This document shows positions 1-11,034 of a DNA stretch of 64,000 nucleotides, one piece after another; the stretch's first letter is position 1; each line of letters opens with the position of its first letter. The notes below the pieces were generated by a model. The model was not told where the DNA came from, made no database searches, and was given only the letters and a program-made list of their open reading frames with translations. Both the position numbers and the translations under genes were made by a program. This stretch comes from Pseudomonadota bacterium (GTDB lineage Bacteria; Pseudomonadota; Gammaproteobacteria; Burkholderiales; Burkholderiaceae_C): assembly GCA_030271615.1 (NCBI GenBank), contig JARXKP010000001.1:5743-69742 (forward strand). Reading direction: 5' to 3'.

Positions 1-6
1 CCCACC

Positions 7-1164
7 TTGAACAGCAGCCCCCCCAACGAGAACGATCAGACGCAGGATTTCACGATCCTGACCATCACGCGCTCCACCATCGCGCCCAAGGTCGCGTCGG
101 AAAAGCGTGAGCATTTTCTGGTGGCGATCCAGGGCAGTCAGACCGGTCGGCGACTTCGCTTCGGGCCCGATCAACCGATCACCGTGGGACGCAAGATGGT
201 GTGTGATTTCGTGCTGCCCGATGCCGAGGTCTCGGGCAGACACTGCGAGATCAGTGCCAGGCCCGACGACGCCGACGCCGCCGTGACCGACCTTCAGTCG
301 ACCAACGGCACCTTCGTCGAAGGCAAGCGTCTGGCGGGATCGGCCCGTCTGCCCAACGGTGGCCTGCTGCAGCTGGGCAGCCATGTGCTGAAACACGAAT
401 ACCGACTGCCGAGCGAGCTCGAACAATCGCTCGAACTGGACCGCGATCTCGAAAAGGCCAGCAGCTATGTGAAGGCGCTGTTGCCCGCGCCGATACGCGA
501 CGGCCCGGTTCGCACGGACTGGTTCTTCCTGCCCTCGACGACACTCGGCGGCGATGCCTTCGGCTACCAGCAACTCGACGACGACACCTTCGCGGGCTAC
601 GTGGTCGATGTGTCGGGCCACGGTGCAGGCGCGGCGATGCACAGCGTGACGGTGATGAACGTGTTGCGGCAGCGTGCCTTGCCCAACACCGACTTCCGCG
701 ATCCGGCTCAAGTGCTGCTCAGCCTGAACGCCATGTTCCAGATGGAAAGCCACGGCGGCATGTACTTCTCCATCTGGTACGGCGTCTACGAGCCCAAGAC
801 ACGGCTGCTGCGCTACTCGTCAGCGGGTCACCACCCGTCCTACCTGGCCCAGCCTTCTCGCCAGGAAATGACACCGCTGCAGACCCGAAACCTGATGATC
901 GGCGCGATGCCCGAAGCGAAGTTCATCGCCAGCAGCGTAGAAGTGATGCCCGGCAGCGTGCTCTACGTCTTCAGCGACGGCGTGTTCGAAGTCGTCACCA
1001 AGGAAGGCACGCAATGGGGTCTGCAGGATTTCCTGCCGCTGCTGCGACGGCCGGCCGACGCCGACGTGAGTGAGCCCGAACGACTCTACCGAGCCGTGCA
1101 GGACGTTGCCCGCCCCGGGGCGTTCGACGATGATTTTTCAATGCTCGTTGTCACGTTCGTGTAG
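7..1164 (+). CDS. FHA-domain + PP2C/SpoIIE (RsbU-like) serine phosphatase
   Basis: N-terminal FHA motifs (TVGR, VSGRHC, DLQSTNGTFV). C-terminal PP2C motifs GGDAF, VVDVSGHG, FSDGVFE, DDFSML. TTG start at 7; the frame is open to the window edge, so the true start may lie upstream. Confidence 0.9.
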   Translation: MNSSPPNENDQTQDFTILTITRSTIAPKVASEKREHFLVAIQGSQTGRRLRFGPDQPITVGRKMVCDFVLPDAEVSGRHCEISARPDDADAAVTDLQSTNGTFVEGKRLAGSARLPNGGLLQLGSHVLKHEYRLPSELEQSLELDRDLEKASSYVKALLPAPIRDGPVRTDWFFLPSTTLGGDAFGYQQLDDDTFAGYVVDVSGHGAGAAMHSVTVMNVLRQRALPNTDFRDPAQVLLSLNAMFQMESHGGMYFSIWYGVYEPKTRLLRYSSAGHHPSYLAQPSRQEMTPLQTRNLMIGAMPEAKFIASSVEVMPGSVLYVFSDGVFEVVTKEGTQWGLQDFLPLLRRPADADVSEPERLYRAVQDVARPGAFDDDFSMLVVTFV

Positions 1165-1242
1165 CGCACCCGCCATATTCTTGTCATGTCATGCGGCACG
1201 ATCCGTGGCGCAAACTCAATCCACACAACGAAGGGATCTCCA

Positions 1243-1584
1243 ATGGACATGGACGTGACTGAAATCGACGGGCCTCTGACGCACATCCGCCTGACCGGGC
1301 GGCTCGATTCGCCAGGGGTGGACCGCATTGAAATCAAGTTCACGGCAGCGGTGGTATCGCGCGGTCGCAGCGTCGTGGTGGACCTGTCAGGCGTCGATTT
1401 TCTGGCGTCGATGGGCATCCGCATGTTCATCGCAACGGCTCGCGCCCTGCACCTGAAGGGTTCCAAGATGGTGCTGTTCGGCGCCACTGATGCCGTGTTC
1501 AGCGTGCTCGAACACGTCGCGCTGGATCAGATCATCCCGATCGCAGCCACCGAGGCCGAAGCGATCGAGCGTCTGCGCGGCTGA
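1243..1584 (+). CDS. STAS-domain anti-anti-sigma factor (RsbV/SpoIIAA-like)
   Basis: LTGRLD...VVVDLSGVDFLASMG with the conserved phospho-acceptor Ser. ATG 1243 follows AAGGGA. Lies between the phosphatase and the kinase. Confidence 0.9.
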   Translation: MDMDVTEIDGPLTHIRLTGRLDSPGVDRIEIKFTAAVVSRGRSVVVDLSGVDFLASMGIRMFIATARALHLKGSKMVLFGATDAVFSVLEHVALDQIIPIAATEAEAIERLRG

Positions 1585-1635
1585 GGCCGGTACGTCCGGC
1601 ATCTGCAGGAACAATCACCGCGGAGAGAGTTCGCC

Positions 1636-2085
1636 ATGGCAGGTGACGCATCAGTCCCCAGGTCTGCCGAGATCACCCGGCTCAGGATGAAGCTGCCGAA
1701 CAACCGTGACGGCTTCGACGCGACCCGCCAGGCGGTTCTGGACCTGCTCGCGCCCCACCAGCCCAGCGCGAAACTGCTGTTCAGCGTCGAGCTCGTCCTC
1801 GAAGAGACGCTGATGAACGTCATCTGGCACGCCTACACCGATGCAGCCGAGCACTGGATTGAACTGGATGTGCAGGTCGACCCCGACGACATCGTCATGA
1901 GCTTCGAAGACGACGGCGTCGCCTTCGACCCGCTGCAGGCAACCGAGCCGGCATTGCCGAATTCGCTCGAAGAGGCGGTCCCGGGAGGACTGGGCCTGAT
2001 GCTGGTTCGCAAGTACGCCAGGTTGATTACCTACCGACGCAGCGACGGCCGCAATCACCTGACCCTGCGGCTGGCCCGCCACTGA
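1636..2085 (+). CDS. Anti-sigma factor / Ser kinase (RsbW-like HATPase)
   Basis: ELVLEETLMNVIWHAY (N box), DDGVAFDP (G1), GGLGLMLVR (G2). GGAGAG RBS upstream. Confidence 0.9.
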   Translation: MAGDASVPRSAEITRLRMKLPNNRDGFDATRQAVLDLLAPHQPSAKLLFSVELVLEETLMNVIWHAYTDAAEHWIELDVQVDPDDIVMSFEDDGVAFDPLQATEPALPNSLEEAVPGGLGLMLVRKYARLITYRRSDGRNHLTLRLARH

Positions 2086-2411
2086 CCTGCCTGCGGTCGG
2101 AGCACCGGCCTGGCGGTTCAGGGCGGACTCCCGGAGACGATCGACGGGTTGAATGATCCGACAAAGGTCTGCCCCTCTGCGCGCACCGCAACGCCCGCCA
2201 GCAGGCTGGCGATCGACTGGGACGAGACCGACACTGGCGTCGCACGCGGCAGATAAAACACCGCAATTCCGTCGCTATTCGCCCGATGCGGTGCCGTTAG
2301 CATCGGCAGCATGCAACTTTGTCCGGGACGAACGCGTGGAATGCCCGATCCCGAGCCGAATCCCCGCTTCGATTCATCACGGCTGGACATGCTGATCCTC
2401 AAGAATCACTC

Positions 2412-3179
2412 GTGAACACAGATCGCATTTCGTCGTTTGAATCGGTACCGGGCGAACGCATCCGCAATCTTCAGCACCCGGTCGTGTTGAAGGGCGTTTC
2501 GCGCACGTACCGGCTCGACTCGGTCGACGTGCCTGCGTTGATCGACATCAACCTCGTCATCTTGCCGAATCGGTTCACCGTCATCTCCGGGCAATCGGGC
2601 AGCGGCAAGACCACCCTGCTCAACCTGATCGGCTGCATCGACCGCCCCGATCAGGGCACGATCATGGTGGGCGGCAAGCCGGTGCAGACCATGGACGACG
2701 ACTCGCTGTCGGACTTTCGGGCGCGGCAGCTCGGCTTCATCTTCCAGAACTTCAACCTGCTGCCGGTGCTCACCGCCTTCGAGAACGTCGAATACCCGCT
2801 CGTGCTGACCGGCATGGCCCCCGGCAAGCGTCGAGCCCGCGTCGAGAAGCTGCTGGACGCCGTGGGCCTGGCTGATCGCGCGAACAACCGGCCGGGTCAG
2901 CTGTCGGGCGGACAGCGTCAGCGTGTGGCCATCGCACGCGCGCTGGCACGACGGCCGCAACTCGTGCTGGCCGATGAGCCCACGGCGAACCTCGACAGCA
3001 AGACCGGCACCGAGATCATCGAACTGATGCGCAGCATGCAGCAGCGCCACCATGTGTCGTTCATCTTCTCGTCGCACGACCCGAAAGTGCTCGAGGCGGC
3101 GGACGACGCCGTGCACATCCATGATGGGCGCATCACGTCGATCGAACGGCGCCTGGCGCTGGCGGAGTCACGGCTGTGA
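2412..3179 (+). CDS. ABC transporter ATP-binding protein (LolD/MacB-ATPase family)
   Basis: Walker A GQSGSGKTT, GFIFQNFNL, signature LSGGQRQR, Walker B LADEPT, H-loop SSHD. Start uncertain (GTG 2412 chosen). Confidence 0.9.
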   Translation: MNTDRISSFESVPGERIRNLQHPVVLKGVSRTYRLDSVDVPALIDINLVILPNRFTVISGQSGSGKTTLLNLIGCIDRPDQGTIMVGGKPVQTMDDDSLSDFRARQLGFIFQNFNLLPVLTAFENVEYPLVLTGMAPGKRRARVEKLLDAVGLADRANNRPGQLSGGQRQRVAIARALARRPQLVLADEPTANLDSKTGTEIIELMRSMQQRHHVSFIFSSHDPKVLEAADDAVHIHDGRITSIERRLALAESRL

Positions 3180-4054
3180 ACGCGCTGTCGCTGGCCTGCC
3201 GCCATCTGTTGCGCCACCCGTGGCGCTGGAACCCGGTCCGACATCCGGCCCAGCGGGCGGAGGCCCTTGCTCGAAACCGTGCCCTCGCCCTTGGGGCTGC
3301 GGTCGTCACGGCCTGCATGAGCCTCGGCACACTTGTTCAGGCCGCTCCAGATGCCCAGACCATCCTCGCCGCCAGCGATGCGGTCCGCAATCCGTCCAAG
3401 TCTTTCGCCGTGACGGTCACACTGATCGAGTACCGCAATTCGAAGCAGACCGACAACAACACGCTGACCGTCTACTCGAAGGCCGACAGCGTGAGCGGTC
3501 AGTACCGCAGCCTGCTGCGCTTCGTCGCGCCGCAGCGGGATGCCAACAAGCTGATGCTCAAGAGCGGCAACGACCTGTGGTTCTTCGACCCGGCCAGCCA
3601 GGCGAGCGTGCGCCTGTCGCCGCAGCAGCGATTGCTGGGGCAGGCGTCGAACGGCGACGTGGTCACCGTCAACCTGGCGAAAGACTACGCCGCCGAGTTG
3701 CAAGGCGAAGAAGACCTCGCCGATGGCGAGCGTGTGATGCGCCATTGCCACAAGCTCGACCTCGCGGCGACATCGCCCGACGTGACCTACCACCGCGTGG
3801 AAATGTGGGTCGAAGCGGCCTCGTGGCGGCCGGTCAAGGCCCGCTTTTTCGCGGAAAGCGGCCACCTGCTGAAGACCGCCTATTACCGAAAATTCCAGCA
3901 TCAACTGGGCCGCGAGCGGCCGACCGAGGTCGTCATCATCGACGGACTCGATCCCGCCTGGGTGACCGTGATGCGTTACAGCGATTACGCGTGGCGCGAG
4001 GTGCCGGAGTCCTGGTTGCAACGGGACTACCTGCCGCGCTTCAAACCGGAGTGA
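3176..4054 (+). CDS. Outer membrane lipoprotein-sorting (LolA-like) periplasmic protein, with an atypical N-terminal extension
   Basis: LLRFVAPQRDANKLMLKSGNDLWFFDP...RLSPQQRLLGQASNGD and SGHLLKT motifs are typical of this family. GTGA overlap with the ABC ATPase stop. Confidence 0.8.
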   Translation: MNALSLACRHLLRHPWRWNPVRHPAQRAEALARNRALALGAAVVTACMSLGTLVQAAPDAQTILAASDAVRNPSKSFAVTVTLIEYRNSKQTDNNTLTVYSKADSVSGQYRSLLRFVAPQRDANKLMLKSGNDLWFFDPASQASVRLSPQQRLLGQASNGDVVTVNLAKDYAAELQGEEDLADGERVMRHCHKLDLAATSPDVTYHRVEMWVEAASWRPVKARFFAESGHLLKTAYYRKFQHQLGRERPTEVVIIDGLDPAWVTVMRYSDYAWREVPESWLQRDYLPRFKPE

Positions 4055-4056
4055 GC

Positions 4057-5334
4057 ATGCGACTGGGTACCTTCCTGCTTCAACTGACGCTGGCGTTCGC
4101 CGCATCAGCCCACGCGGCCGAGCCACCGGACGCGCTCCCCGACGACCTCGACGCGCTCTCGCTGGCCGACAAGGCGCCGACGACCCCGCCCCAGGCGGTT
4201 CAGGCGTGGCGCATCTTCGCGGAAGGGGCGTTCGGACAAACCAAGATCGGTGGCGCCGATCCGCGTTTCGAATCCAGTCGCGCATCGCTGGACGTTCGCT
4301 TCGATGCCCATGTGGCCCCCGGATTGCGAGCCGTGTTCTCCGACCGTTTCGATCGCCTCCACAGCAACGGCAAGCCGAGTGCAGACGATGTCAACACGCT
4401 GCGCGAGGCGTACCTGAGCTGGGCTCGAACCGACGAGCAGATCGTCGATTTCGGCCGGGTCAACGTGCGCCGCGGTGCAGCCTTCGGATACAACCCGACG
4501 GACTGGTTCAAGGAAGGCGCGCTGCGCTCGATCGTCTCGCCCGACCCGATGGTGCTGCGCGAGAACCGGCAAGGCACGGTGGTGCTGCAGGGGCAACAGT
4601 TGTGGAGCGCAGGCTCCCTCACGGCGACCTTCTCGCCGCGCCTCGCTCGCCAGCCGAACCCGGGCACCTTCTCGCTCAACGTCGGCGCCACCAACCCGCG
4701 CAACCGATGGCTGCTGACCGGCAGCACCAAATTCAGCGACAGGTTCAATTCGGAGCTGCTGCTGTACGGAGGCGACGACACACGTCCCCAGGTCGGCTTG
4801 AACGTGTCCGGACTGATCAGCGACGCAGCCGTCGTGTTCGGGGAGTTCACCGCCGGCAAAGGTCGCTCGCTGGTGGCACAGGCGCTTCAACTCGACCAGG
4901 CCAGGCACCAGCAGGAACGCGCCGCCGTGGGTTTGACCTACACCACCGCACTGAACCTCAGCATCACCGCCGAGGCCGAGTACAACAGTGCAGCGCCGGG
5001 CCGCGGCCAGTGGAACGCACTGCCGGGCATCGATCCCTACGGCCGCCTGCGCGTGCTGGCCACGCAACCCTCATTGCAGGACCTGCCGATGCGTCGTGCG
5101 TTGTTCGTCTACGCGAAGTGGAAAGACCTGCTCGTGCGCCAGTTCGATGTGTCGGCTTTCGTGCGCGGCGACTCGGAAACCCACAGCCGTGCCCAATGGC
5201 TGGAGGCGCGCTATCACTGGGACAGCGCCGAAATCGCCCTGCAGTGGCAGCTGTATTCCGGAAGCTCGGGCTCGTTCTACGGAAGCATTCCGCAACGCCG
5301 GGCGATCGAGCTGGCCTTGCGTTACTACCTGTAG
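4057..5334 (+). CDS. Putative outer-membrane beta-barrel protein of the ABC/LolA-like operon
   Basis: Signal peptide MRLGTFLLQLTLAFAASAHA, LREAYLSW, DFGRVNVR, FGYNPTD, C-terminal aromatic strand (LRYYL). ATG 4057 directly follows the upstream stop. Confidence 0.7.
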   Translation: MRLGTFLLQLTLAFAASAHAAEPPDALPDDLDALSLADKAPTTPPQAVQAWRIFAEGAFGQTKIGGADPRFESSRASLDVRFDAHVAPGLRAVFSDRFDRLHSNGKPSADDVNTLREAYLSWARTDEQIVDFGRVNVRRGAAFGYNPTDWFKEGALRSIVSPDPMVLRENRQGTVVLQGQQLWSAGSLTATFSPRLARQPNPGTFSLNVGATNPRNRWLLTGSTKFSDRFNSELLLYGGDDTRPQVGLNVSGLISDAAVVFGEFTAGKGRSLVAQALQLDQARHQQERAAVGLTYTTALNLSITAEAEYNSAAPGRGQWNALPGIDPYGRLRVLATQPSLQDLPMRRALFVYAKWKDLLVRQFDVSAFVRGDSETHSRAQWLEARYHWDSAEIALQWQLYSGSSGSFYGSIPQRRAIELALRYYL

Positions 5335-5389
5335 AGGCATACTCGCCACCCGGCGCCTGGGCGCCTGTCAACGCCATGGGAGGGCACGC

Positions 5390-6507
5390 GTGGTCACTGC
5401 ACCCTCATACGACTTCGATCCTTCCTGGCAAGGTCACGACCAGGAAGCTCGCCTGTTGGTGGAACTGCTGCGTACCTCGCGTTTGACGGTGCTGTATTGC
5501 GAATCGGGTGCGAACAAGACCGCATTTCTGCAGTCGGCGCTGATGCCGCTGCTGCGCCGCCGAGCGGGTGACCGCCTCGTACCGGCCAGCGCCCGTGAAT
5601 CCGGGGTGGTCGTGCCCTTTCCCGATCGGCGCAAGCGCTCCGCAGGCAAGGCATCGAAACGCAAACGCGAGTTCGTCGTTCACTTCGACGACTGGACCGG
5701 TGACCCACTGTCTGCGTTGCTGTCCCGCGTCCAGGATTCCGCAGGCATCGCGGCCGACGAACGGGCGGCCACGCCGCAGCGCCTGAGCGACGCCCTGGAC
5801 GCCCTGAGCGGCAGGCTCGATGCCCATTTCATCATCCTGCTCGACCGCTTCGAGGAGTTCCTGCGCACTCCAACGGATCACGAAGGACACGGCCGGTTCA
5901 CGAACCAGTGGGTCGAGGCCATCCATCGACCGGATCTGCCGGCCAATTTCCTGATTTCCCTGGACGACGACGCTCGCCCGCGGCTGGCCCGCCTGCGCAG
6001 CCTCATTCCCGACCTCGACGACTTCTCGCTGAAGCTGGGGCGTCCTCCGGGCGTCAAGACATCGCTGGCGCCGCCGGACGAACCAGAAGCTCCCGCAGGC
6101 ATCGCGGTCGGGGCCCCGCCGATCCTGACCGAGACCGTCACGCCGCTCGAGCCGGCGCCGTCAGTGGCCGTCGTCCCGAGGGCATCCGCCGCGTCGACCC
6201 ACCCCCCGCGGCGCCCGCCCGCGCGGTCGCCCGGCCGAAGGTCAAGCGCCCAACGCCGCCGCGGACCGCCGTCAAGACCGAAGACGTCTACGCGTTGATC
6301 GAAGCCACCCTGGCCCGCACCGCGACATCGAACACGAACGATCCGTTCCAGGAGGACGATCTGGCGACCGACGCGGCGCCTGCCGACGCAGAAATCCCGC
6401 CGCCGGCGCGCGTGGTTGAGCCGACCCCAACGGCTGCGGCGACAGCTGGCTGGTGTGTCGTTTTCAAGCGGATCGGCCAATGGCTGGGTCTCGGATCCCG
6501 GCCCTAG
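5390..6507 (+). pseudogene. Degenerate nSTAND1-like NTPase-domain protein with Pro-rich tail, apparently frameshifted near 6202-6207
   Basis: GTG 5390 after GGAGGG. GHDQEARLLVELLRTSRLTVLYCESGANKT is a degenerate Walker A; IILLDRFEEF is a Walker B. This frame ends at 6298; protein-like sequence continues in another frame to 6507 across a C6 run. Confidence 0.55.
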
Positions 6508-6658
6508 CCACAGGCGCAAGTGCATGAACTGGGCGGGTGCTGACGGCCCTGCTTGCAAGCAAATGCTTCAAGACCCGTAATCAACTCACGAATACGGGGG
6601 CTCGGGCTGAAACGCTCCGTGCGAGACTTATGCGATGTTTGTCAAACCGCCCTGAAAC

Positions 6659-7950
<1,292 letters not shown>

Positions 7951-7951
<1 letters not shown>

Positions 7952-9006
7952 TGTCCTACGAATCGATCCAGTCCGATCTGCGGTCGACGCCGAAGACGTG
8001 GCTCGTCACCGGAGTCGCGGGGTTCATCGGATCGAACCTGCTGGAGACCTTGCTCAAGCTCGATCAGCGCGTTGTCGGCCTCGACAACTTCGCGACCGGG
8101 CATCAACGCAACCTCGAGGAGGTCGAATCACTGGTCGGCGCAGAGCGTTGGTCCCGCTTCAACTTCATCCAGGGCGACATTCGTGCGTTGCAGGATTGCC
8201 GGACCGCCTGCGCCGCTGTGGACTTCGTTCTTCATCAGGCGGCCCTCGGCAGCGTGCCGCGTTCACTGGCCGATCCGATCACGACGAACGCCGTCAACGT
8301 CGACGGATTTCTGAACATGCTGGTCGCCGCGCGAGATGCAAAGGTGCAGCGCTTTGTCTACGCCGCGAGCAGTTCGACCTACGGCGACCATCCCGCGTTG
8401 CCGAAAATCGAGAACCGGATCGGCGCGCCGTTGTCACCCTATGCGGTGACGAAGCTCGTGAACGAGCTGTACGCCGACGTGTTCGCGCGCGCCTACGGAT
8501 TGCAGAGCATCGGCCTGCGCTATTTCAACGTGTTCGGCCCGCGCCAGGATCCGGAAGGCGCCTATGCCGCGGTCATCCCGAAATGGATCGCCGCCCTGAT
8601 GGCGGGCCGACCGGTCCAAATCTACGGCGACGGCAAGACGAGCCGAGATTTCTGCTACGTCGCCAACGCGGTGCAGGCCAACCTGCTGGCGGCCTGCGCT
8701 GCGGGCGACAAGGCCGTCAACCAGATCTACAACGTCGCGGTCGGCGACCGCACGAGCTTGAGCGAACTGTTCGACTTGTTGCGACAGAACCTGGCCGCGA
8801 TCTATCCGCAGCTTCGGGATGCCCAACCGCTGTACGCCGACTTCCGGGCCGGCGATGTGCAGCATTCGCAGGCCGACATTTCGAAGGCCGCGGAACGCCT
8901 GGGGTACCGACCCAGCCACCGCGTGGCTGCAGGTCTGGCTCAGGCGATGCAGTGGTACACGAAGCAGGCGGCGCTCAACGGCTCGGGGCACACCCCGACA
9001 CCGTGA
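7951..9006 (+). CDS. tviC: UDP-GlcNAc(A) C4-epimerase (TviC/WbpP family SDR)
   Basis: [56 protein letters not shown] coupling to the upstream dehydrogenase. Confidence 0.92.
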
Positions 9007-9016
9007 GGATGAGGGT

Positions 9017-10969
9017 TCAGGCCTGACCCTCGGGATCGAGGTCGCGCCGAGGGGTGTTTCCCGTCACTTCCACCGCAAGCAGCGCGACAAGCAGCAACAG
9101 GAACGCGACGCGCGGGACGTCCATCACGCTGCTCACCAGGCCCACGCAAAGTGCGCCGCACAGCGAGGCGGCCAGGAACGGCGCGATGGGCCGGCGGCGG
9201 CCCGCCGCGTCGAGAAGGCGGTTGAGCGCCCACCCCATGCACAGCAGGAATGCCACCAGCGAGAACGCTCCGCGCTCGATCAGCAATTCGAGATAGAGGT
9301 TGTCGATGTGCCACGGCACATAGAAGCCCTGCGCTGACGGATACCAGCGCGCCAGTCCTTCGGAAAAATCACGGTTGACCAACATCTCGAGTCGGTCCGG
9401 TCCGGCCAGGCTGATGTTGTCGATTTCGACCACGCCACCGGCATTGACCACGGCCATCGAGAAGACTCCCAGGCGAGGCGCCCACGCACGACCGATGTCG
9501 AGCAACGGCCCGCGCAATGAGGCGACAACGTGGCGCCATGCCGAACCGTCGGGATTCACCCGGATCCAGGCCGACTGGCAATTTCTCGGGTACAGCAGAT
9601 GCATCTCGCAGAGCTGGACCTCGATGAGGGCCGCCGTCCTGGCGCGAACATCCAACGCCACTTCATAGGGCAGCATCGGATACAGCGCCACACGCTGAGT
9701 CAGGGTCAGCAACCCATTGAAGTGCAACGGCATCTTCGGCCCCGACACGACGACTGAGCCCGACGGCTGACCGGGCGCAGACGGCACGAACTGCACGTCG
9801 CCAGGAAACTGCCGTTCCGCGACAGCCTGCGAATAAGCGCCCGGCAGACGCCCCGTTCCGATCCCCACCGCCCCGTCAACCGGGGTCCGAATCAATCCCA
9901 GGCCGTTCTGCCAATGCCGGAGTCGACCGCCCATGTCACGGTCGGTCGCGGAAATGCGCTCCCGCATGAAGGAGCCCCATCCAAGCACGGCCGCCACCTC
10001 CAGACACAGCGCAACAGCCAACACGACACCAGCCAGGGTCCTCCATCGAATTCTCGGAAGACGCTGCCATCGCAGCATCACCGCCAGCAGAACCAGCGAA
10101 CCCACCACGGCGCCGTAGACGCCGCGTGAAAACGTCGTGAGGCAGGCGTAACCCGTCAGCAGCGCCAGCGCAGCCGCCATCGACCACAGCAGCGGCGAGC
10201 GACACGTCCACAGCGCCCAGGCCACGAACGGTGTGGCCAGCGCCAGATACACGTCGATGGCGGCGCCGCCGACGTGCATCTCCCAGAACAACGCCGTGGT
10301 GCGATAGCGGGTCGAGAAATCCCACAGTCCGGTGTAGGCCAGACGCTCCCACACCACCGCCAGCGTGACCACCGACAGACCCACCAGCATGCCCGATGCG
10401 AAGCGCCGCACGGCGACGCCCGCGCCCCGCTCGATCTCTCGGCGTAACAGCGGCCAGATCAGCGCGGCATGCAGCAGGCTCTTGAAGACGCGCCAGCTGT
10501 TCAGCGGGTCGGTGTAACCCTGGAACCAGCCGGACGGATGATCGCCTGGCAACGCCAGGCCGCGAACGAAGGCCACGACACCGAGGGCCCCGAACACGAC
10601 CGCCATGCCGATGAAAGCCCGATCGCTGCGTCTGATGGGTGATGCGTCACGCAGAACCTCTCCGGCAAGCGCGATGTGCGCATAGCCACCCGCGGCCACG
10701 CCCCACAGCAGCAGGTCGAATTCCTCGAATACGACCCAGCCGGTCCATGGCGCAAAGTTCAGCAACGGCAGCAAGGCAGGCACGACGAACAGCCAGAGGC
10801 CCGACCGACATGCCACAACCACAGACCACAGCAGGAAGGCTGCAAGCACCGCAACAGGCGCCACGGGGTGGTGCCAAGCCAAGGTGACCCCGGCAGCAAC
10901 CGCTGCAACCGCTGAAAGCAGGGATGCCAGCGGAAGCGGGTCCAGGCCAGGTCGGCCGCGATCAAGCAT
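9017..10969 (-). CDS. O-antigen ligase/Wzy_C-like polytopic membrane protein with a large periplasmic insertion
   Basis: Many hydrophobic segments. Motifs TFSRG, R..HW, GIGTGRLP and the Wzy_C-like WHIDNLYLELLIERG. Paralogous to the C-terminal part of 11035-14232. Confidence 0.7.
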   Translation of the reverse strand: MLDRGRPGLDPLPLASLLSAVAAVAAGVTLAWHHPVAPVAVLAAFLLWSVVVACRSGLWLFVVPALLPLLNFAPWTGWVVFEEFDLLLWGVAAGGYAHIALAGEVLRDASPIRRSDRAFIGMAVVFGALGVVAFVRGLALPGDHPSGWFQGYTDPLNSWRVFKSLLHAALIWPLLRREIERGAGVAVRRFASGMLVGLSVVTLAVVWERLAYTGLWDFSTRYRTTALFWEMHVGGAAIDVYLALATPFVAWALWTCRSPLLWSMAAALALLTGYACLTTFSRGVYGAVVGSLVLLAVMLRWQRLPRIRWRTLAGVVLAVALCLEVAAVLGWGSFMRERISATDRDMGGRLRHWQNGLGLIRTPVDGAVGIGTGRLPGAYSQAVAERQFPGDVQFVPSAPGQPSGSVVVSGPKMPLHFNGLLTLTQRVALYPMLPYEVALDVRARTAALIEVQLCEMHLLYPRNCQSAWIRVNPDGSAWRHVVASLRGPLLDIGRAWAPRLGVFSMAVVNAGGVVEIDNISLAGPDRLEMLVNRDFSEGLARWYPSAQGFYVPWHIDNLYLELLIERGAFSLVAFLLCMGWALNRLLDAAGRRRPIAPFLAASLCGALCVGLVSSVMDVPRVAFLLLLVALLAVEVTGNTPRRDLDPEGQA

Positions 10970-11034
10970 TCAGCGACACGCCCGACATGCCCTGCCGTAA
11001 ACCTCGTTCGGCATCCCGCTCGCCAGTCTCCTGC

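Noticed and set aside
3052..4056. N-terminal 335 codons of the 760-aa ORF 3052-5334
   Set aside because: Overlaps the ABC ATPase and LolA-like genes in another frame and is Arg/Pro-rich shadow sequence. The real protein starts at ATG 4057 with a signal peptide.
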